Positions 22,683 through 34,256 of a stretch of DNA of 64,000 nucleotides are shown here, piece by piece. Source of the stretch: a virus. Its lineage: Duplodnaviria > Heunggongvirae > Uroviricota > Caudoviricetes. The notes beneath the pieces were generated by a model. The model searched no databases. It was not told the DNA's origin and saw only the letters and a program-made list of their open reading frames with translations. The stretch is from positions 1-64,000 of the IMG/VR virus record IMGVR_UViG_2636416131_000001. One strand, 5' to 3'. A program made the position numbers and the translations under genes. Positions within the stretch are counted from its first letter, which is position 1. Each line of letters begins with the position of its first letter.

Positions 22683-25600
22683 CTATATTTTTCCGCCTAC
22701 GCCTTTAAACTTCTCAATAAACGAGACGATTTTCTGGAAAACTGCCTGTTTTTTCGTTTTATATTGCGGATTTAACGGACTAAGTTTTGGTAATGTTTCG
22801 TTTAATTCTGTGCCATTTTCGGTGGCATATTCGCGTTTTAAAGACGTGCGAATATAGCGTTTTGCTGCATCTTCATTGAGATTTTCTTCTTTTATCAATG
22901 CTTCTGCTTCACGTTGCTGTTCGCGTTGAGCAAACGTAAAGAATGCGTCAATGATGCTGGCTTTGTCCGGTAAATCATCCAGGTTCGTTTGCTGAATAAA
23001 ATCGACCACCAGGCCCTCTTTAGCACGGTTCCCTAGGCTTGAACGAATTAAGCGTTTGACCTCTTCGATCATTTCGCCCTTGCCTTTATTTTGTCTGTTG
23101 TGTTCGAAAATCAGTCCAAGGATATAATCCAGGTTTATTTCCTGAGACTTCAGCAAATCGACCTCAAAAACTACGTCATCCCAGTCAGTGGTTGATTTCT
23201 CTTTTTTCTCAGCTTCTTTCTCACGGCGCTGCCAGTCGCGAATATCGTTATAGGCAGAACGATAATCCTGAATCTTGCGATCAGCAGGGAGACGAATTGT
23301 TTGCAATTCAGCGAATTTTTCATCATCCACATAATGTTCTGCTTTGAATTTTTCTACCGCAACAGGATCGCTAAGATCGATTTGTTGCAGGGCTTTCAGC
23401 GTGGCAAATTCATCATAGTTTTGCAGGATGTTCTCGGCACGCAGGTATTCACCAAACAGTTTAACGAAGTCTTTCTTCTCTTTTTCACTTTCAATACTGG
23501 CAGGGTCAGGGAACCGTTGTTCCAGTTCTGAAACTACTGCCATAAAGCCGCGCTTAGCTTCACCAGTGGCAGCATCAGTAAAGCCTTCCATATACTCTGC
23601 ATAACTCTTTTCTAAAACCACATTTTTGGTGTTTTTGTCACCAAACAGCGTTATGGCATCAATAGTTGAGCGTTCCAGATCCCGGAAAGTGACGATATTA
23701 CCGAAGGTTTTAGTTGCATCATAAATACGGTTGGTGCGGGAAAATGCCTGCATCAAGCCGTGAAAACGCAGGTTTTTATCGACGAATAGCGTGTTCAATG
23801 TTGGAGCATCGAAGCCAGTTAAAAACATCCCCACGACAATTAACAGATCGATATCCTGATTTTTAATCCGTTGGGCTAAATCGCGATAGTAGTTCTGAAA
23901 ACCGTTACCGTCGGTGCTGAAGTTAGTTTTAAAATAGCTGTTATACTCACGAATTGCAGCGTCAAGAAACTCTTTAGCACTGCTGTCCATTGCACTGGTA
24001 TCAAAAGATTCATCGGAAATTTCACCAATGGCATTTTGTTCTTCATTAGCGGCAAAGGAGAAGATTGTCGCAACACGCAGTGGTTTATAGGTAGCAGATT
24101 TATTAGCTGCTTCCTCTTGTAACCGTTTAAACGTCGCGTAATAGGCTTTCGCGGCATCCACGCTGCTCACTGCCAACATAGCATTAAAACCTTTTGAGCC
24201 AGGGAAGGTACGGTGGGTTTTCTGGCGGAAATTATTCAGAATATATTGCGTGATTTCCTGAATACGCATGGGATGAAGAAACGCCTGCTGATTTTCAGCC
24301 GCACTCAGTTTTTTCTCGTCAGTTTCTGTCTCTAAAGACTTAAACTGTGGCCGCACATCGTTGTAGTCCACCTTGAATTTGAGCACTTTTTCGTCACGAA
24401 TCGCATCGGTAATTACATACGAATGCAATTCACGACCAAATACGCTGGCGGTTGTTTCTGAGCCTAAGGCGTTTTCCGGGAAAATAGGGGTGCCGGTAAA
24501 ACCAAACTGATAATAGCGTTTGAATTTCTTCTTCAGGTTTTTCTGCGCTTCTCCAAACTGGCTGCGGTGGCATTCATCAAATATAAACACCACTTGCTGA
24601 TTATATACAGGCAGGTCGCTTTCTGCTTTCATCAGGTTATTGAGTTTCTGAATAGTAGTGACGATAATTTTGTTATCGTCCTTATCCAGATTTCGTTTAA
24701 GGCCTGCGGTATTTTCCGAGCCGTTGACGCTGTCTGGCGAAAAACGCTGATATTCCTTCATGGTCTGGTAATCGAGGTCTTTCCTGTCGACCACAAAGAA
24801 GACTTTATCAATAAAGTCCAGCTCTGTTGCCAGACGCGCGGCTTTAAAGCTGGTGAGGGTTTTACCAGAACCGGTAGTGTGCCAGATATACCCACCGCTT
24901 TCCGGTTTTGACCAGTTCTTCGCTGTAAAGGAACTCTTAATTTTCCACAGAATGCGCTCGGTGGCGGCAATCTGGTACGGTCGCATCACCAGTAGCGTCT
25001 GACTACTGTCAAAAACGCTGTAGTTCACCAGAACATTCAGCAGAGTATGTTTCTGGAAAAAGGTAGCGGTAAAGTCTTTGAGGTCTTTAATCAGCGTGTT
25101 GTCTGATTTCGCCCAATTCATGGTGAAGTCAAAACTGTTTTTATCGCGCTTTGTGGTGTTGGCAAAATAACGGGTATCAGTGCCGTTGGAAATGACGAAC
25201 AGCTGCAGATACTTAAACAGGGAATTTTCGCTGTTAAAACTCTCTTTACTGTAACGATGTATCTGGTTGAAAGCCTCACGAATCGCCACCCCGCGTTTTT
25301 TTAGTTCGATTTGCACCAGCGGTAAACCATTAACCAGGATCGTGACGTCATAACGGTTAGCATGAGAACCCGTCTGTTCAAACTGCTGGATAATCTGCAC
25401 CTTATTGCGCATGAGATTCTTTTTATCTATCAAATAGATGTTCTCAAGTCGCCCGTCGTCAAAAATAAAGTCGCAGATATAGTCGATATGGATTTTACGG
25501 GTTTTATCCAGAATACCATCGCTGGGGTTGTCCAGATACTGCTCCGTGAAGCGCCGCCACTCGCTGTCATTAAACATCACACCATTGAGGCTCTGAAGCT

Positions 25601-25799
25601 GTTCCCGAACATTGGACAGCATTGCCGACTGTGATTTTACGGAAATAAATTCATAACCCTGATTCCGCAGGTCCTGAATCAGTTCACGTTCCAGGTCCGA
25701 TTCGCTCTGGTAGCTGTCGCTTGTTTGCTCAGCTTTGATGTACTTATCAAGGACGATAAAGTTATTGGATTCAGCAATGGTGTGTGTTTGATGAGTCAT
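22683..25799 (-). CDS. hsdR: type I restriction enzyme R subunit, EcoR124-like (type IC)
   Basis: 1038 aa; helicase motif I HTTGSGKT and DEAH-like FDECH; separate from hsdMS by a 122-nt gap; AT-rich. Confidence 0.9.
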   Translation of the reverse strand: MTHQTHTIAESNNFIVLDKYIKAEQTSDSYQSESDLERELIQDLRNQGYEFISVKSQSAMLSNVREQLQSLNGVMFNDSEWRRFTEQYLDNPSDGILDKTRKIHIDYICDFIFDDGRLENIYLIDKKNLMRNKVQIIQQFEQTGSHANRYDVTILVNGLPLVQIELKKRGVAIREAFNQIHRYSKESFNSENSLFKYLQLFVISNGTDTRYFANTTKRDKNSFDFTMNWAKSDNTLIKDLKDFTATFFQKHTLLNVLVNYSVFDSSQTLLVMRPYQIAATERILWKIKSSFTAKNWSKPESGGYIWHTTGSGKTLTSFKAARLATELDFIDKVFFVVDRKDLDYQTMKEYQRFSPDSVNGSENTAGLKRNLDKDDNKIIVTTIQKLNNLMKAESDLPVYNQQVVFIFDECHRSQFGEAQKNLKKKFKRYYQFGFTGTPIFPENALGSETTASVFGRELHSYVITDAIRDEKVLKFKVDYNDVRPQFKSLETETDEKKLSAAENQQAFLHPMRIQEITQYILNNFRQKTHRTFPGSKGFNAMLAVSSVDAAKAYYATFKRLQEEAANKSATYKPLRVATIFSFAANEEQNAIGEISDESFDTSAMDSSAKEFLDAAIREYNSYFKTNFSTDGNGFQNYYRDLAQRIKNQDIDLLIVVGMFLTGFDAPTLNTLFVDKNLRFHGLMQAFSRTNRIYDATKTFGNIVTFRDLERSTIDAITLFGDKNTKNVVLEKSYAEYMEGFTDAATGEAKRGFMAVVSELEQRFPDPASIESEKEKKDFVKLFGEYLRAENILQNYDEFATLKALQQIDLSDPVAVEKFKAEHYVDDEKFAELQTIRLPADRKIQDYRSAYNDIRDWQRREKEAEKKEKSTTDWDDVVFEVDLLKSQEINLDYILGLIFEHNRQNKGKGEMIEEVKRLIRSSLGNRAKEGLVVDFIQQTNLDDLPDKASIIDAFFTFAQREQQREAEALIKEENLNEDAAKRYIRTSLKREYATENGTELNETLPKLSPLNPQYKTKKQAVFQKIVSFIEKFKGVGGKI

Positions 25800-25921
25800 A
25801 GCGCATCCTTTGTGCCGCCTGGCAAGAGCCGGAAGGGCGTTAAGAGTGACTTCCGGCGCGTAAAAAAATAGTCTATATACTGACCGGATGTTAAGGTGGT
25901 CCGGTCTGTAAAAATGCTCAA

Positions 25922-27070
25922 TTAATTACTGGCTGTTTCAGGTTTTGGGAAACTGAACAGTAAATCACGATAGTACTCGTATTGTTTCTGGCGCAACTCG
26001 ATTTCACGCGGGAGACCTTCGGTGATGGAGTTGGTCAGTGTGTCGAATTTATCGAGTATTGCGACGATACGAGCTTGCTCTTGTAAAGGGGGAACCAAAA
26101 CAATAGGAGCATTTAATATGTTATATGAAACAAAAGGCTGTGATGCACTATTAGATTTTGAACCGAAATCTTGTAAAAGTAATAAATAGTAGGCGTATTT
26201 TTGAAGAACTTCCTTCGATTTGTGCCTACAAATAACTCCGTTGTATGTAACAAAATGCTTACCTTGGCCCCAGTTAACGATTCCTGCGTAAGCACCTATA
26301 TGACCAATAACAGGCGAGTCTTCGCTGTTATATTTGTCATGGGAGCCTACAATCCCGTTGCTACCATAAACAGGATATTGCCCTCCAGATTTAGGAATTG
26401 TATTGCCTGTTCCATACTGAAAATCATAAATATCACCTATCCTCATTTCTCGAGTATTTTCCCTGCCCTCAAGATTCAGTAACTGGTCGCGATAGTAGTT
26501 GTACTGTTTTTTACGCATGTTAAGCTCAGCGGTAAGCTCAGCGGTAACTGCAGTAAATTTATCCAGAATCCGAACGATTTCAGACTGGATGGCAAGGGAT
26601 TTTTCCGGATTATCCGGGCAAGGGATTGGAACTTCAAACTTATCTGTATCAGGAGTTGCAATTTGTGGCATTTGCATTTTACCCCCAATTTTCTGGAAAT
26701 ATCCTTCATTTATTTTTAGGAAGTAATAAATATACTTTATGCTTATCGCATCATTATTTGAGTGATATGACCACATCTCATTTTTGTGAGAGAATGGTTT
26801 ATCGTAATACTCGAATTCGATAATACCTCTGGATTTAACAATGATCGATGGCTCTCTATTAATATCTTTCTCTGGAATATCTTTAAAGTCAACAAAGGCT
26901 ACTGTTTTTCCCCCTGCAAAAATTTTAAGCGGCGCATTATCTTTGTGAAGAGCTTTCATCTGCCCAGCGGTTATTTTTGTGCCTTTAGTTCGTTTAAGCA
27001 CTTTCTCTAGTGTTTTCCACTCAACCTTAACTCCATCCAGCAATTTTTCCAGATAACTCAACTCGCTCAT
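25922..27070 (-). CDS. hsdS: type I R-M specificity subunit with central TAEL x2 repeat
   Basis: Two target-recognition regions separated by conserved ...[27 protein letters not shown]...; start overlaps the hsdM stop (ATGA). Confidence 0.85.
   Translation of the reverse strand: MSELSYLEKLLDGVKVEWKTLEKVLKRTKGTKITAGQMKALHKDNAPLKIFAGGKTVAFVDFKDIPEKDINREPSIIVKSRGIIEFEYYDKPFSHKNEMWSYHSNNDAISIKYIYYFLKINEGYFQKIGGKMQMPQIATPDTDKFEVPIPCPDNPEKSLAIQSEIVRILDKFTAVTAELTAELNMRKKQYNYYRDQLLNLEGRENTREMRIGDIYDFQYGTGNTIPKSGGQYPVYGSNGIVGSHDKYNSEDSPVIGHIGAYAGIVNWGQGKHFVTYNGVICRHKSKEVLQKYAYYLLLLQDFGSKSNSASQPFVSYNILNAPIVLVPPLQEQARIVAILDKFDTLTNSITEGLPREIELRQKQYEYYRDLLFSFPKPETASN
26521..26544. repeat. 12-bp tandem repeat x2 (TAAGCTCAGCGG) encoding TAEL-TAEL in hsdS
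   Basis: Direct tandem duplication read in sequence; encodes the spacer-length determinant known from EcoR124I/II. Confidence 0.7.
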
Positions 27071-28629
27071 TTCTGTACCTCGCAGCCTTCAATTTCAGCC
27101 ACAATCGCATCAATATCTTTGCGCAACTGGTCGATTTTGCTGACCGTGGTTTTCAGCTCTGCATTCAACTCAGCGATATCGATAATTTCGCGAGTATCTT
27201 TCACTTCAACATAGCTGCTCACCGACAGGTTATAGTCATTAGCAACAACAGTCTCAAACGCAACAGATTTCGCCAGATGAGCAACATCTTCCTTGCTGGC
27301 AAATACCTGCATAATTTTTTCTATATGGGCATCGGTCAGAATGTTGTTGTTAGTCTCTTTTTTGAACAGTTCGCTGGCATCAATAAACTGAACTTTGGTA
27401 TCCGTTTTATGTTTAGACAGCACCAGAATATTGACGGCAATGGTGGTGCCAAAGAACAGATTCGGTGCCAGTGAAATCACGGTTTCGACATAGTTATTGT
27501 CAACCAGATACTGACGGATTTTCTGCTCCGCGCCGCCACGGTAAAAAATGCCCGGGAAGCAGACAATCGCAGCACGACCTTTGGCAGAAAGATAGTTCAG
27601 CGCATGTAATACAAACGCAAAGTCAGCTTTGGATTTGGGGGCCAGAACGCCAGCCGGGGCAAAACGTTCATCGTTAATCAGCGTCGGGTCATCGCTGCCA
27701 ATCCATTTCACCGAATACGGCGGGTTAGAAACGATGGCATCAAACGGTTTTTCATCTCTGAAGTGCGGCTCAGTCAGCGTATTGCCCAGCTTGATATCAA
27801 ACTTGTCGTAGTTGATGTTGTGCAAAAACATGTTCATACGCGCCAGGTTATAGGTCGTATGGTTGATCTCCTGACCGAAAAAGCCTTCTTCGATGATGTG
27901 GTCATCGAACTGCTTTTTCGCCTGCAACAACAGCGAACCGGAACCTGCTGCCGGGTCGTAGATTTTGTTAACGTGGGTCTGGCCGTGCATTGCCAATTGT
28001 GCAATCAGCTTAGAGACGTGCTGCGGTGTAAAGAACTCGCCGCCTGACTTACCAGCATTCGCGGCATAGTTAGAAATCAGGAACTCATAGGCATCGCCGA
28101 ACAGGTCAATCTGATGTTCGTTGAAGTCACCAAGTTTTAACCCTTCAACCCCTTTCAGAACCGCAGCCAGGCGGGCATTTTTATCTTTAACGGTGTTACC
28201 CAGGCGGTTACTGGTGGTATCGAAATCAGCAAACAAACCTTTGATGTCAGCTTCTGAAGGATAACCGTAAGCAGAACTTTCGATAGCAACGAAGATGCTG
28301 TTTAAATCTGCGTTCAGTCTGTCATTGGTATTTGCTTTCGCCGCTACGTTGCAGAAAAGCTGACTGGGGTAGATGAAGTAGCCTTTAGTTTTGATGGCAT
28401 CGTCTTTAATGTCATCAGTAATTACGCTGTCATCCAGTTTCGCATAACAGATACTGTCATCACCGGCTTCAATATAGCTGGAAAAATTTTCGCTGATAAA
28501 ACGGTAGAAAAGTGCGCCCAGAACGTATTGCTTAAAATCCCATCCATCGACCGAACCCCTGACATCGTTAGCAATTTGCCAGATTTGACGATGAAGCTCT
28601 GCACGTTGTTGAATACTTGTCATTTTCAT
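27067..28629 (-). CDS. hsdM: type I R-M N6-adenine methyltransferase subunit, EcoR124-like
   Basis: 520 aa; SAM motif [10 protein letters not shown] and catalytic NPPY ([11 protein letters not shown]); N-terminus [25 protein letters not shown] matches my recollection of EcoR124 HsdM. Confidence 0.9.
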   Translation of the reverse strand: MKMTSIQQRAELHRQIWQIANDVRGSVDGWDFKQYVLGALFYRFISENFSSYIEAGDDSICYAKLDDSVITDDIKDDAIKTKGYFIYPSQLFCNVAAKANTNDRLNADLNSIFVAIESSAYGYPSEADIKGLFADFDTTSNRLGNTVKDKNARLAAVLKGVEGLKLGDFNEHQIDLFGDAYEFLISNYAANAGKSGGEFFTPQHVSKLIAQLAMHGQTHVNKIYDPAAGSGSLLLQAKKQFDDHIIEEGFFGQEINHTTYNLARMNMFLHNINYDKFDIKLGNTLTEPHFRDEKPFDAIVSNPPYSVKWIGSDDPTLINDERFAPAGVLAPKSKADFAFVLHALNYLSAKGRAAIVCFPGIFYRGGAEQKIRQYLVDNNYVETVISLAPNLFFGTTIAVNILVLSKHKTDTKVQFIDASELFKKETNNNILTDAHIEKIMQVFASKEDVAHLAKSVAFETVVANDYNLSVSSYVEVKDTREIIDIAELNAELKTTVSKIDQLRKDIDAIVAEIEGCEVQK

Positions 28630-28753
28630 CCACTTATTTCAGGCTTATGTAATTGGCGGTGATTCTACAGCAACTTGGATGCTTTAGCAGTTCGGACATT
28701 AGGCAACGAATGACCTAATTAGAGCTTTTTGGAAAAGCGGTATTGTCGGTGCG

Positions 28754-28978
28754 ATGATAGCTATGTTTGGGTGCGCGATGGTGCAATACAATGACGGTGA
28801 AAAGGTAAGCATCCAGTCTGATGGCTGGTATGGGCTGGATAGCCTGCAAAAAACCGCAGATAAAGCCTGTCAGCAATATGGAAAGTCTAAAGCCGTATAT
28901 CAGCATAGCGCGAACGCTAATCCACATCTCGCGCCCGGCACGGGCGTTCAGAACACTATTTGGAAATGCGAACCATAA
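28754..28978 (+). CDS. hypothetical small protein, possible lipoprotein
   Basis: 74-aa ORF with AMFGC lipobox-like start; overlaps an antisense ORF; weak. Confidence 0.2.
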   Translation: MIAMFGCAMVQYNDGEKVSIQSDGWYGLDSLQKTADKACQQYGKSKAVYQHSANANPHLAPGTGVQNTIWKCEP

Positions 28979-29161
28979 CGCAGGTTGACTTTTTACATCT
29001 TGGGCCGAATACTGATTCCGCGCTAAGTTGTTTGTGCGGAAGTGACACTGTGGAGCTTAGAAATAGTAAATACTGGTGGGCAACAAATTGAGCCTTCACA
29101 CGCTCACCAGCACACACAAAAAATGGTTAAACAGCAAGGGAATTAATATCTCATCGCGACA

Positions 29162-29299
29162 TTAAATAAGCCAGCGCACGCCTCTGTTTATCACTGACTT
29201 GAAAAACCATATCAGAACCACGATGAAGACAATCGCCAGCACTTGGCTAAGAACAGGCGCATTTAAAAATGCACTTAGAAACTGAAAAAATACAATCAT
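29162..29299 (-). CDS. 45-codon hydrophobic peptide
   Basis: AGGA SD; MIVFFQFLSAFLNAPVLSQVLAIVFIVVLIWFFKSVINRGVRWLI; below the track cutoff. Confidence 0.25.
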   Translation of the reverse strand: MIVFFQFLSAFLNAPVLSQVLAIVFIVVLIWFFKSVINRGVRWLI

Positions 29300-29767
29300 C
29301 AGGGTAATCCTCGTCTAATGTAAAGCTGTGTGCTCTCACGTTGACGTAGAAACCCAACCTCTATATAGTTGGATTCGGTGAAAGAAAGTCGTTAACGTGA
29401 ACTTACGGCACATGTTTTCGGTATAAAAATCAGGGAACTGTGAATTCCTTGATGTAGTTGGGGCCTGTAATGCAGGCCCTATCTATTAATGTCATGATTA
29501 CATCTCAAATTTTCTCCTTATCATTATTATTTAATAAAATTCAATTAATATAATATCCATTTCCTGTGTGTGCAAACACAGTATGAGGAAAATGGCCCCG
29601 TTGCAAGTGCATAACTTTGTGGATAACTCTGAAGGCGAATTTACATTTCGGCGCACCGCAAGCCAGATAAGCTGTGCGCAAAAAGCAATGGGGTGAGAAA
29701 AAAACTTTGAAGATATTGCGGCGACTAAATAATAGCCGTTATTCAATTATTCTGGATGGGATTTAAT

Positions 29768-30019
29768 ATGAACGAATGGAACATAGCAGCCAAAAGCCAG
29801 GAAGAAAGGAATAAAGTTAACGTTGACCTGGCTGCCAGGGGGGTTGCCTACAAAGAGCGATTGAACATACCCGTCATAGCGGAACAGGTAGCCCGTGAGC
29901 AACCTGAGAACCTGCGCACCTATTTCATGGAACGGCTACGGCACTACCGGCAGTTAAGCCTCCTGCTGCCAAAAGGAAACGATCCGGTATATCAGAAAGA
30001 AGATATAGCCAAAAAATAA
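29768..30019 (+). CDS. hot: DNA polymerase III theta-subunit homolog
   Basis: [42 protein letters not shown] aligns with E. coli HolE from recollection; 83 aa from the internal ATG. Confidence 0.8.
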   Translation: MNEWNIAAKSQEERNKVNVDLAARGVAYKERLNIPVIAEQVAREQPENLRTYFMERLRHYRQLSLLLPKGNDPVYQKEDIAKK

Positions 30020-30079
30020 CGCGCCACCAGGCGAGCGCAAAGCATCGCGCTATTGCACACTTCAAGCATCTTTAATGTA

Positions 30080-30099
30080 TACTGTATGGATAAACAGTA
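30080..30099. promoter_or_regulatory. LexA (SOS) box upstream of humD
   Basis: TACTGTATGGATAAACAGTA matches the CTGT-N8-ACAG consensus, 19 nt before the humD ATG. Confidence 0.7.
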
Positions 30100-30117
30100 C
30101 TCTGAGGTGAAAACGCT

Positions 30118-30507
30118 ATGGGCTTCCCTTCTCCTGCGGCGGATTATGCTGAGAGCCGTATTTCTCTTGATCAGCAGATAATTAGACATCCTTCAGCGAC
30201 CTACTTCATGAGGGCAGCTGATAGTCATCATCGTGAGGGAATATTACAGGGTGCATTGCTGGTGGTTGATTCCTCACTTACCCCGGTTGATGGTTCTCTG
30301 CTTGTATGCGCTCTGGATGGGGAATATCGCGTAAAAAGATACCGGAAGTATCCACGTCAGCATCTGGAGGATTTAAGAACCGGTAAGAAGGAAGCATTGC
30401 CAAAGGATGACGATGGATGCACGGGGAGTAATGCTGTGTTTGGTGTGATCACTCATGTCATTAATGATGCCCGAAGTGGGGAATTTGATGATTGTCCGGT
30501 GATTTAA
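30118..30507 (+). CDS. humD: UmuD'-like S24 peptidase-family protein
   Basis: 129-aa protein in the P1 hot-humD-phd-doc position; LexA box upstream. Confidence 0.75.
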   Translation: MGFPSPAADYAESRISLDQQIIRHPSATYFMRAADSHHREGILQGALLVVDSSLTPVDGSLLVCALDGEYRVKRYRKYPRQHLEDLRTGKKEALPKDDDGCTGSNAVFGVITHVINDARSGEFDDCPVI

Positions 30508-30579
30508 GCTGCAAAGTGCTGGTGCTTTATGCCTGTGAAGTTTATAATTGTGTACACATAACGAGTACACGAGGTGTTT

Positions 30580-30801
30580 ATGCAATCCATTAACTTCCGT
30601 ACCGCGCGCGGCAACCTTTCTGAAGTGCTCAACAATGTTGAAGCCGGGGAAGAGGTTGAAATCACCCGCAGAGGCCGTAAGCCAGCAGTAATTGTCAGCA
30701 AGGCTACTTTCGAAGCCTACAAAAAAGCGGCGCTGGATGCTGAATTTGCATCCCTGTTTGACACCCTGGACTCCACCAACAAGGAACTGGTTAACCGATA
30801 A
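30580..30801 (+). CDS. phd: Phd antitoxin
   Basis: [32 protein letters not shown]... matches P1 Phd as I recall it; 73 aa. Confidence 0.9.
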   Translation: MQSINFRTARGNLSEVLNNVEAGEEVEITRRGRKPAVIVSKATFEAYKKAALDAEFASLFDTLDSTNKELVNR

Positions 30802-31181
30802 TGAGGCATATATCACCGGAAGAACTTATTGCGCTTCATGATGCGAATATAAACCGCTACGGCGGCCTGCCGGGAATGTCAGATCCGGGTAGGGCAGAGG
30901 CCATTATCGGGAGAGTTCAGGCCAGAGTTGCCTACGAAGAGATCACCGACCTTTTCGAAGTCTCCGCCACCTACCTGGTGGCTACAGCGAGAGGGCATAT
31001 ATTCAATGATGCCAATAAGCGTACCGCGCTAAACAGTGCGCTGCTATTTCTACGCCGTAACGGGGTGCAGGTATTTGATTCACCAGAACTGGCAGACCTT
31101 ACCGTAGGGGCTGCGACCGGAGAGATATCTGTATCTTCTGTCGCCGACACGTTACGTAGATTGTATGGTTCTGCGGAGTAG
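30801..31181 (+). CDS. doc: Doc toxin (Fic-fold kinase)
   Basis: 126 aa; TAATG overlap with phd; matches P1 Doc from recollection. Confidence 0.9.
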   Translation: MRHISPEELIALHDANINRYGGLPGMSDPGRAEAIIGRVQARVAYEEITDLFEVSATYLVATARGHIFNDANKRTALNSALLFLRRNGVQVFDSPELADLTVGAATGEISVSSVADTLRRLYGSAE

Positions 31182-31185
31182 ATTA

Positions 31186-31365
31186 ATGGCACGTAAATAC
31201 AACAAGTTGTCCCGTGAAGCGTTAAAGATGCTTCTTGATGGCGTGAGTCGCCGCGAGGTAAAGCAATACCTGGTTGGTAAGCAAGTTGGTGTCAGGACTG
31301 CTATTGCTGTGTTATGCCGTCAGGAAATGGTTGTGCTTAAACAGAGAATGCCGGGCAGCAGATAA
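31186..31365 (+). CDS. pdcA: small protein downstream of doc
   Basis: ATG 5 nt after doc stop; named by position. Confidence 0.4.
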   Translation: MARKYNKLSREALKMLLDGVSRREVKQYLVGKQVGVRTAIAVLCRQEMVVLKQRMPGSR

Positions 31366-31392
31366 AGCCCAATCAGTGATGAAAGGTGTGAT

Positions 31393-32436
31393 GTGAAAGC
31401 CGTAATTACTCCCTTTGTACAAAAAGAGCTTGGCGTCGCCACATTCAAAGTGGATCAGGAAGTCAGAAAGCTGGTGGAGGCTGGCCGTAAATTTATTATG
31501 GAGCCGGTGCCGCGTGAGTTAATCGAGCACATGGACGACGGCCTCGTTGTTTCCGAGCAAACTATGGCAACAAATGAGGCGTTGCAGCCGTTTTTTAACA
31601 GCGATGAACTGTTTCGCCGTATTGGTGGGATTGACTCGCTGGTGGCGTGGTTGCGCAGGAAAGAGGGGCAATGCCAGGCCGCAGATCGTAGTTGGTGTGA
31701 CAACCATATTGTCCACGCTGAACGAGACAATAGCGCGGTGTTGTTGTGCTGGCATCACGATAACCATTACCGGATGCGTGGTTTTAATGAGCTGAAAGAA
31801 ACGCTGCATAATAATCGCGTTAACTGGATACTGGATGTCGCCCGTCAGGAAATGGGGCTTTCAGATGGCCATGATTTAAGTATTCAGGAACTGTGCTGGT
31901 GGGCTTTCATGCGCAACATGATGCACCTGATGCCGGAAGAAGTTTGCCGTATATCAATAAATAAGATGAAAGCCGCAACGCAGGATAGCGGACCTCTGAA
32001 AGAGGCGGATATTCGCCCGTATGACGATCGCGCTACAGCATATGTTCAGATGATGGAAGAACGCGCCGCGCCGATGCGTGCAAAAGTATGCCCTGTGGAT
32101 GTTGACTCCGACCCTGGCATGGCGCATTTCAAAATACCAAAACTGCAATCGCTAAAATTACCTGAGTACATGGACTTTGTTGCTTCCCGTCCATGCTGTG
32201 GGTGTGGAGCGGCGGGAGCTGGCGCTCACATTACGCCTTATATCGTTCGTCATAGTCGATTATGCGCGCATGACATTTACGCAATTCCTCTGTGCCAGTC
32301 ATGCCAGCGTGATATTGAGCGTGACCGCGATAATTGGGAGAAGACGCACGGTAGGCTGGCGATGCATCAACGATTGTTCTTTGATTACGCGCTTGGAGTC
32401 GGCGCTATCACAAGTCACTCGTCGAGCGTTAGATAA
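31393..32436 (+). CDS. pdcB: hypothetical Cys/His-rich protein downstream of doc
   Basis: GTG start after GAAAGGTG SD; 347 aa; named by position. Confidence 0.5.
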   Translation: MKAVITPFVQKELGVATFKVDQEVRKLVEAGRKFIMEPVPRELIEHMDDGLVVSEQTMATNEALQPFFNSDELFRRIGGIDSLVAWLRRKEGQCQAADRSWCDNHIVHAERDNSAVLLCWHHDNHYRMRGFNELKETLHNNRVNWILDVARQEMGLSDGHDLSIQELCWWAFMRNMMHLMPEEVCRISINKMKAATQDSGPLKEADIRPYDDRATAYVQMMEERAAPMRAKVCPVDVDSDPGMAHFKIPKLQSLKLPEYMDFVASRPCCGCGAAGAGAHITPYIVRHSRLCAHDIYAIPLCQSCQRDIERDRDNWEKTHGRLAMHQRLFFDYALGVGAITSHSSSVR

Positions 32437-32437
32437 A

Positions 32438-32454
32438 ATTGCTCTAATGTATTG
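32438..32454 (+). promoter_or_regulatory. C1 operator-like box (14/17) upstream of lpa
   Basis: ATTGCTCTAATGTATTG overlapping the pdcB stop; lpa is C1-repressed in P1. Confidence 0.45.
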
Positions 32455-32524
32455 CAATTTCTTTAATCGAGGGTATTATATTCCACGTTGATTAGTTGAC
32501 ATGGGCTAATCAGTAGGTGACAGG

Positions 32525-32977
32525 ATGTTACTTAACTGGCAGGGACGCCACTTCATGGAAATAAATCACTCACGAATAACATCGTACGAGATTGCGGATT
32601 ACATGATCCGCACTAAATCTCTTCTATCAGCGAAAGAACTCGCAGCAATTCTTGAAAAGGAATACCCGCATCTGGATGTCGATAAGCGCGATGTTTATCT
32701 GCGCTTAAAGGCTATCGCTGTGTCTAAGTATTCGTCTGTTTTGATTGATGACAGTACACGCCCACGTAGATTTCAGATCCACTCTCTGAATCCTGAATTC
32801 TTTCGCCGTAGCCGCGCTCCGCGCCGGTTTGATGAAAAACTCCAGAACGAACTCTATATGACGCAGGACGAAAAGGAACGCCGGGAGCACCAGCCTTGGG
32901 TAATGGCGCGTCAACTTTTCAATAAGGTGGCCCGTCAGCACCGTCATTACGGTAATGCCACATCCGCACGTATCTGA
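32525..32977 (+). CDS. lpa: late promoter activator
   Basis: 150 aa, position between pdcB and pacA, preceded by operator box; by synteny. Confidence 0.6.
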   Translation: MLLNWQGRHFMEINHSRITSYEIADYMIRTKSLLSAKELAAILEKEYPHLDVDKRDVYLRLKAIAVSKYSSVLIDDSTRPRRFQIHSLNPEFFRRSRAPRRFDEKLQNELYMTQDEKERREHQPWVMARQLFNKVARQHRHYGNATSARI

Positions 32978-33062
32978 TTGATTGCTTGCCCGTTCCGGGC
33001 CTTTTGACATGTGACTTTCGTTACCCTCGCGTCAAAAAGAGTTTTTACGAAAGGAAGCATAA

Positions 33063-34256
33063 GTGACCTGGGACGATCACAAGAAGAATTTTGCTCGCCT
33101 GGCGCGAGATGGTGGTTACACCATCGCACAGTATGCCGCCGAGTTTAATCTTAACCCTAATACTGCACGTCGTTATCTCCGTGCCTTCAAAGAAGACACC
33201 AGGACAGCGGACAGCCGCAAGCCAAATAAGCCAGTCAGGAAGCCACTAAAAAGCATGATCATTGATCACTCTAATGATCAACATGCAGGTGATCACATTG
33301 CGGCTGAAATAGCGGAAAAACAAAGGGTTAATGCCGTTGTCAGTGCCGCAGTCGAGAATGCGAAGCGCCAAAATAAGCGCATAAATGATCGTTCAGATGA
33401 TCATGACGTGATCACCCGCGCCCACCGGACCTTACGTGATCGCCTGGAACGCGACACCCTGGATGATGATGGTGAACGCTTTGAATTCGAAGCTGGCGAT
33501 TACCTGATAGATAACGTTGAAGCGCGGAAGGCCGCGCGCGCTATGTTGCGTCGTTCCGGAGCTGATGTTCTGGAAACCACTCTTCTGGAAAAGTCTCTTT
33601 CTCATCTCCTTATGCTGGAGAATGCCAGGGATACGTGTATTCGCTTGGTGCAGGAAATGCGCGATCAGCAAAAAGAAGATGATGAAGGTACTCCGCCTGA
33701 ATACCGTATCGCGAGCATGCTAAACAGCTGTTCCGCGCAGATAAGCAGCCTGATCAACACCATTTACAGCATCCGGAATAACTATCGAAAAGAAAGCCGG
33801 GAGGCGGAAAAGCACGCTTTGTCTATGGGGCAAGCTGGCATTGTTAAGCTGGCATACGAACGAAAGCGTGAAAATAACTGGTCAGTGCTGGAAGCAGCTG
33901 AATTCATCGAGGCGCATGGCGGGAAAGTGCCGCCCCTGATGCTGGAGCAAATCAAAGCCGATCTGCGTGCTCCTAAGACCAATACCGATGATGAGGAAAG
34001 GCAAACTGCCGTCGGTGGCCCTTCTCTTGAAGATCTGGACAAAGTTGCGCGAGAACGGGCCGCCAACCGCCGCGCCGATGCCGCATTGTGGATTGAGCAA
34101 CGTAGGGAAGAAATCGCCGATATCGTTGATACAGGCGGTTATGGAGATGTTGATACTGAAGGTGTATCAAACGAACCATGGCTGGAACAAGACCTGGACG
34201 AAGACGAGGAGGAAGACGAAGAAGTTACCCGCAAGCTATACGGGGATGATGATTAA
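33063..34256 (+). CDS. pacA: terminase small (pac-recognition) subunit
   Basis: GTG start after AAGGAAG SD; 397 aa; contains the pac site in its 5' part as in P1. Confidence 0.8.
   Translation: MTWDDHKKNFARLARDGGYTIAQYAAEFNLNPNTARRYLRAFKEDTRTADSRKPNKPVRKPLKSMIIDHSNDQHAGDHIAAEIAEKQRVNAVVSAAVENAKRQNKRINDRSDDHDVITRAHRTLRDRLERDTLDDDGERFEFEAGDYLIDNVEARKAARAMLRRSGADVLETTLLEKSLSHLLMLENARDTCIRLVQEMRDQQKEDDEGTPPEYRIASMLNSCSAQISSLINTIYSIRNNYRKESREAEKHALSMGQAGIVKLAYERKRENNWSVLEAAEFIEAHGGKVPPLMLEQIKADLRAPKTNTDDEERQTAVGGPSLEDLDKVARERAANRRADAALWIEQRREEIADIVDTGGYGDVDTEGVSNEPWLEQDLDEDEEEDEEVTRKLYGDDD
33256..33414. other. P1-type pac packaging site (4 + 3 TGATCA/G hexanucleotides)
   Basis: TGATCA at 33256, 33263, 33275, 33290, then TGATCG/TGATCA at 33386, 33398, 33409; each carries a GATC Dam site. 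Confidence 0.75.

Noticed and set aside
28715-28927. 70-aa minus-strand ORF overlapping the 28754 plus-strand ORF
   Set aside because: It lies in the hsdM promoter region with no SD; neither overlapping ORF is well supported and only the plus-strand one is listed, at low confidence.
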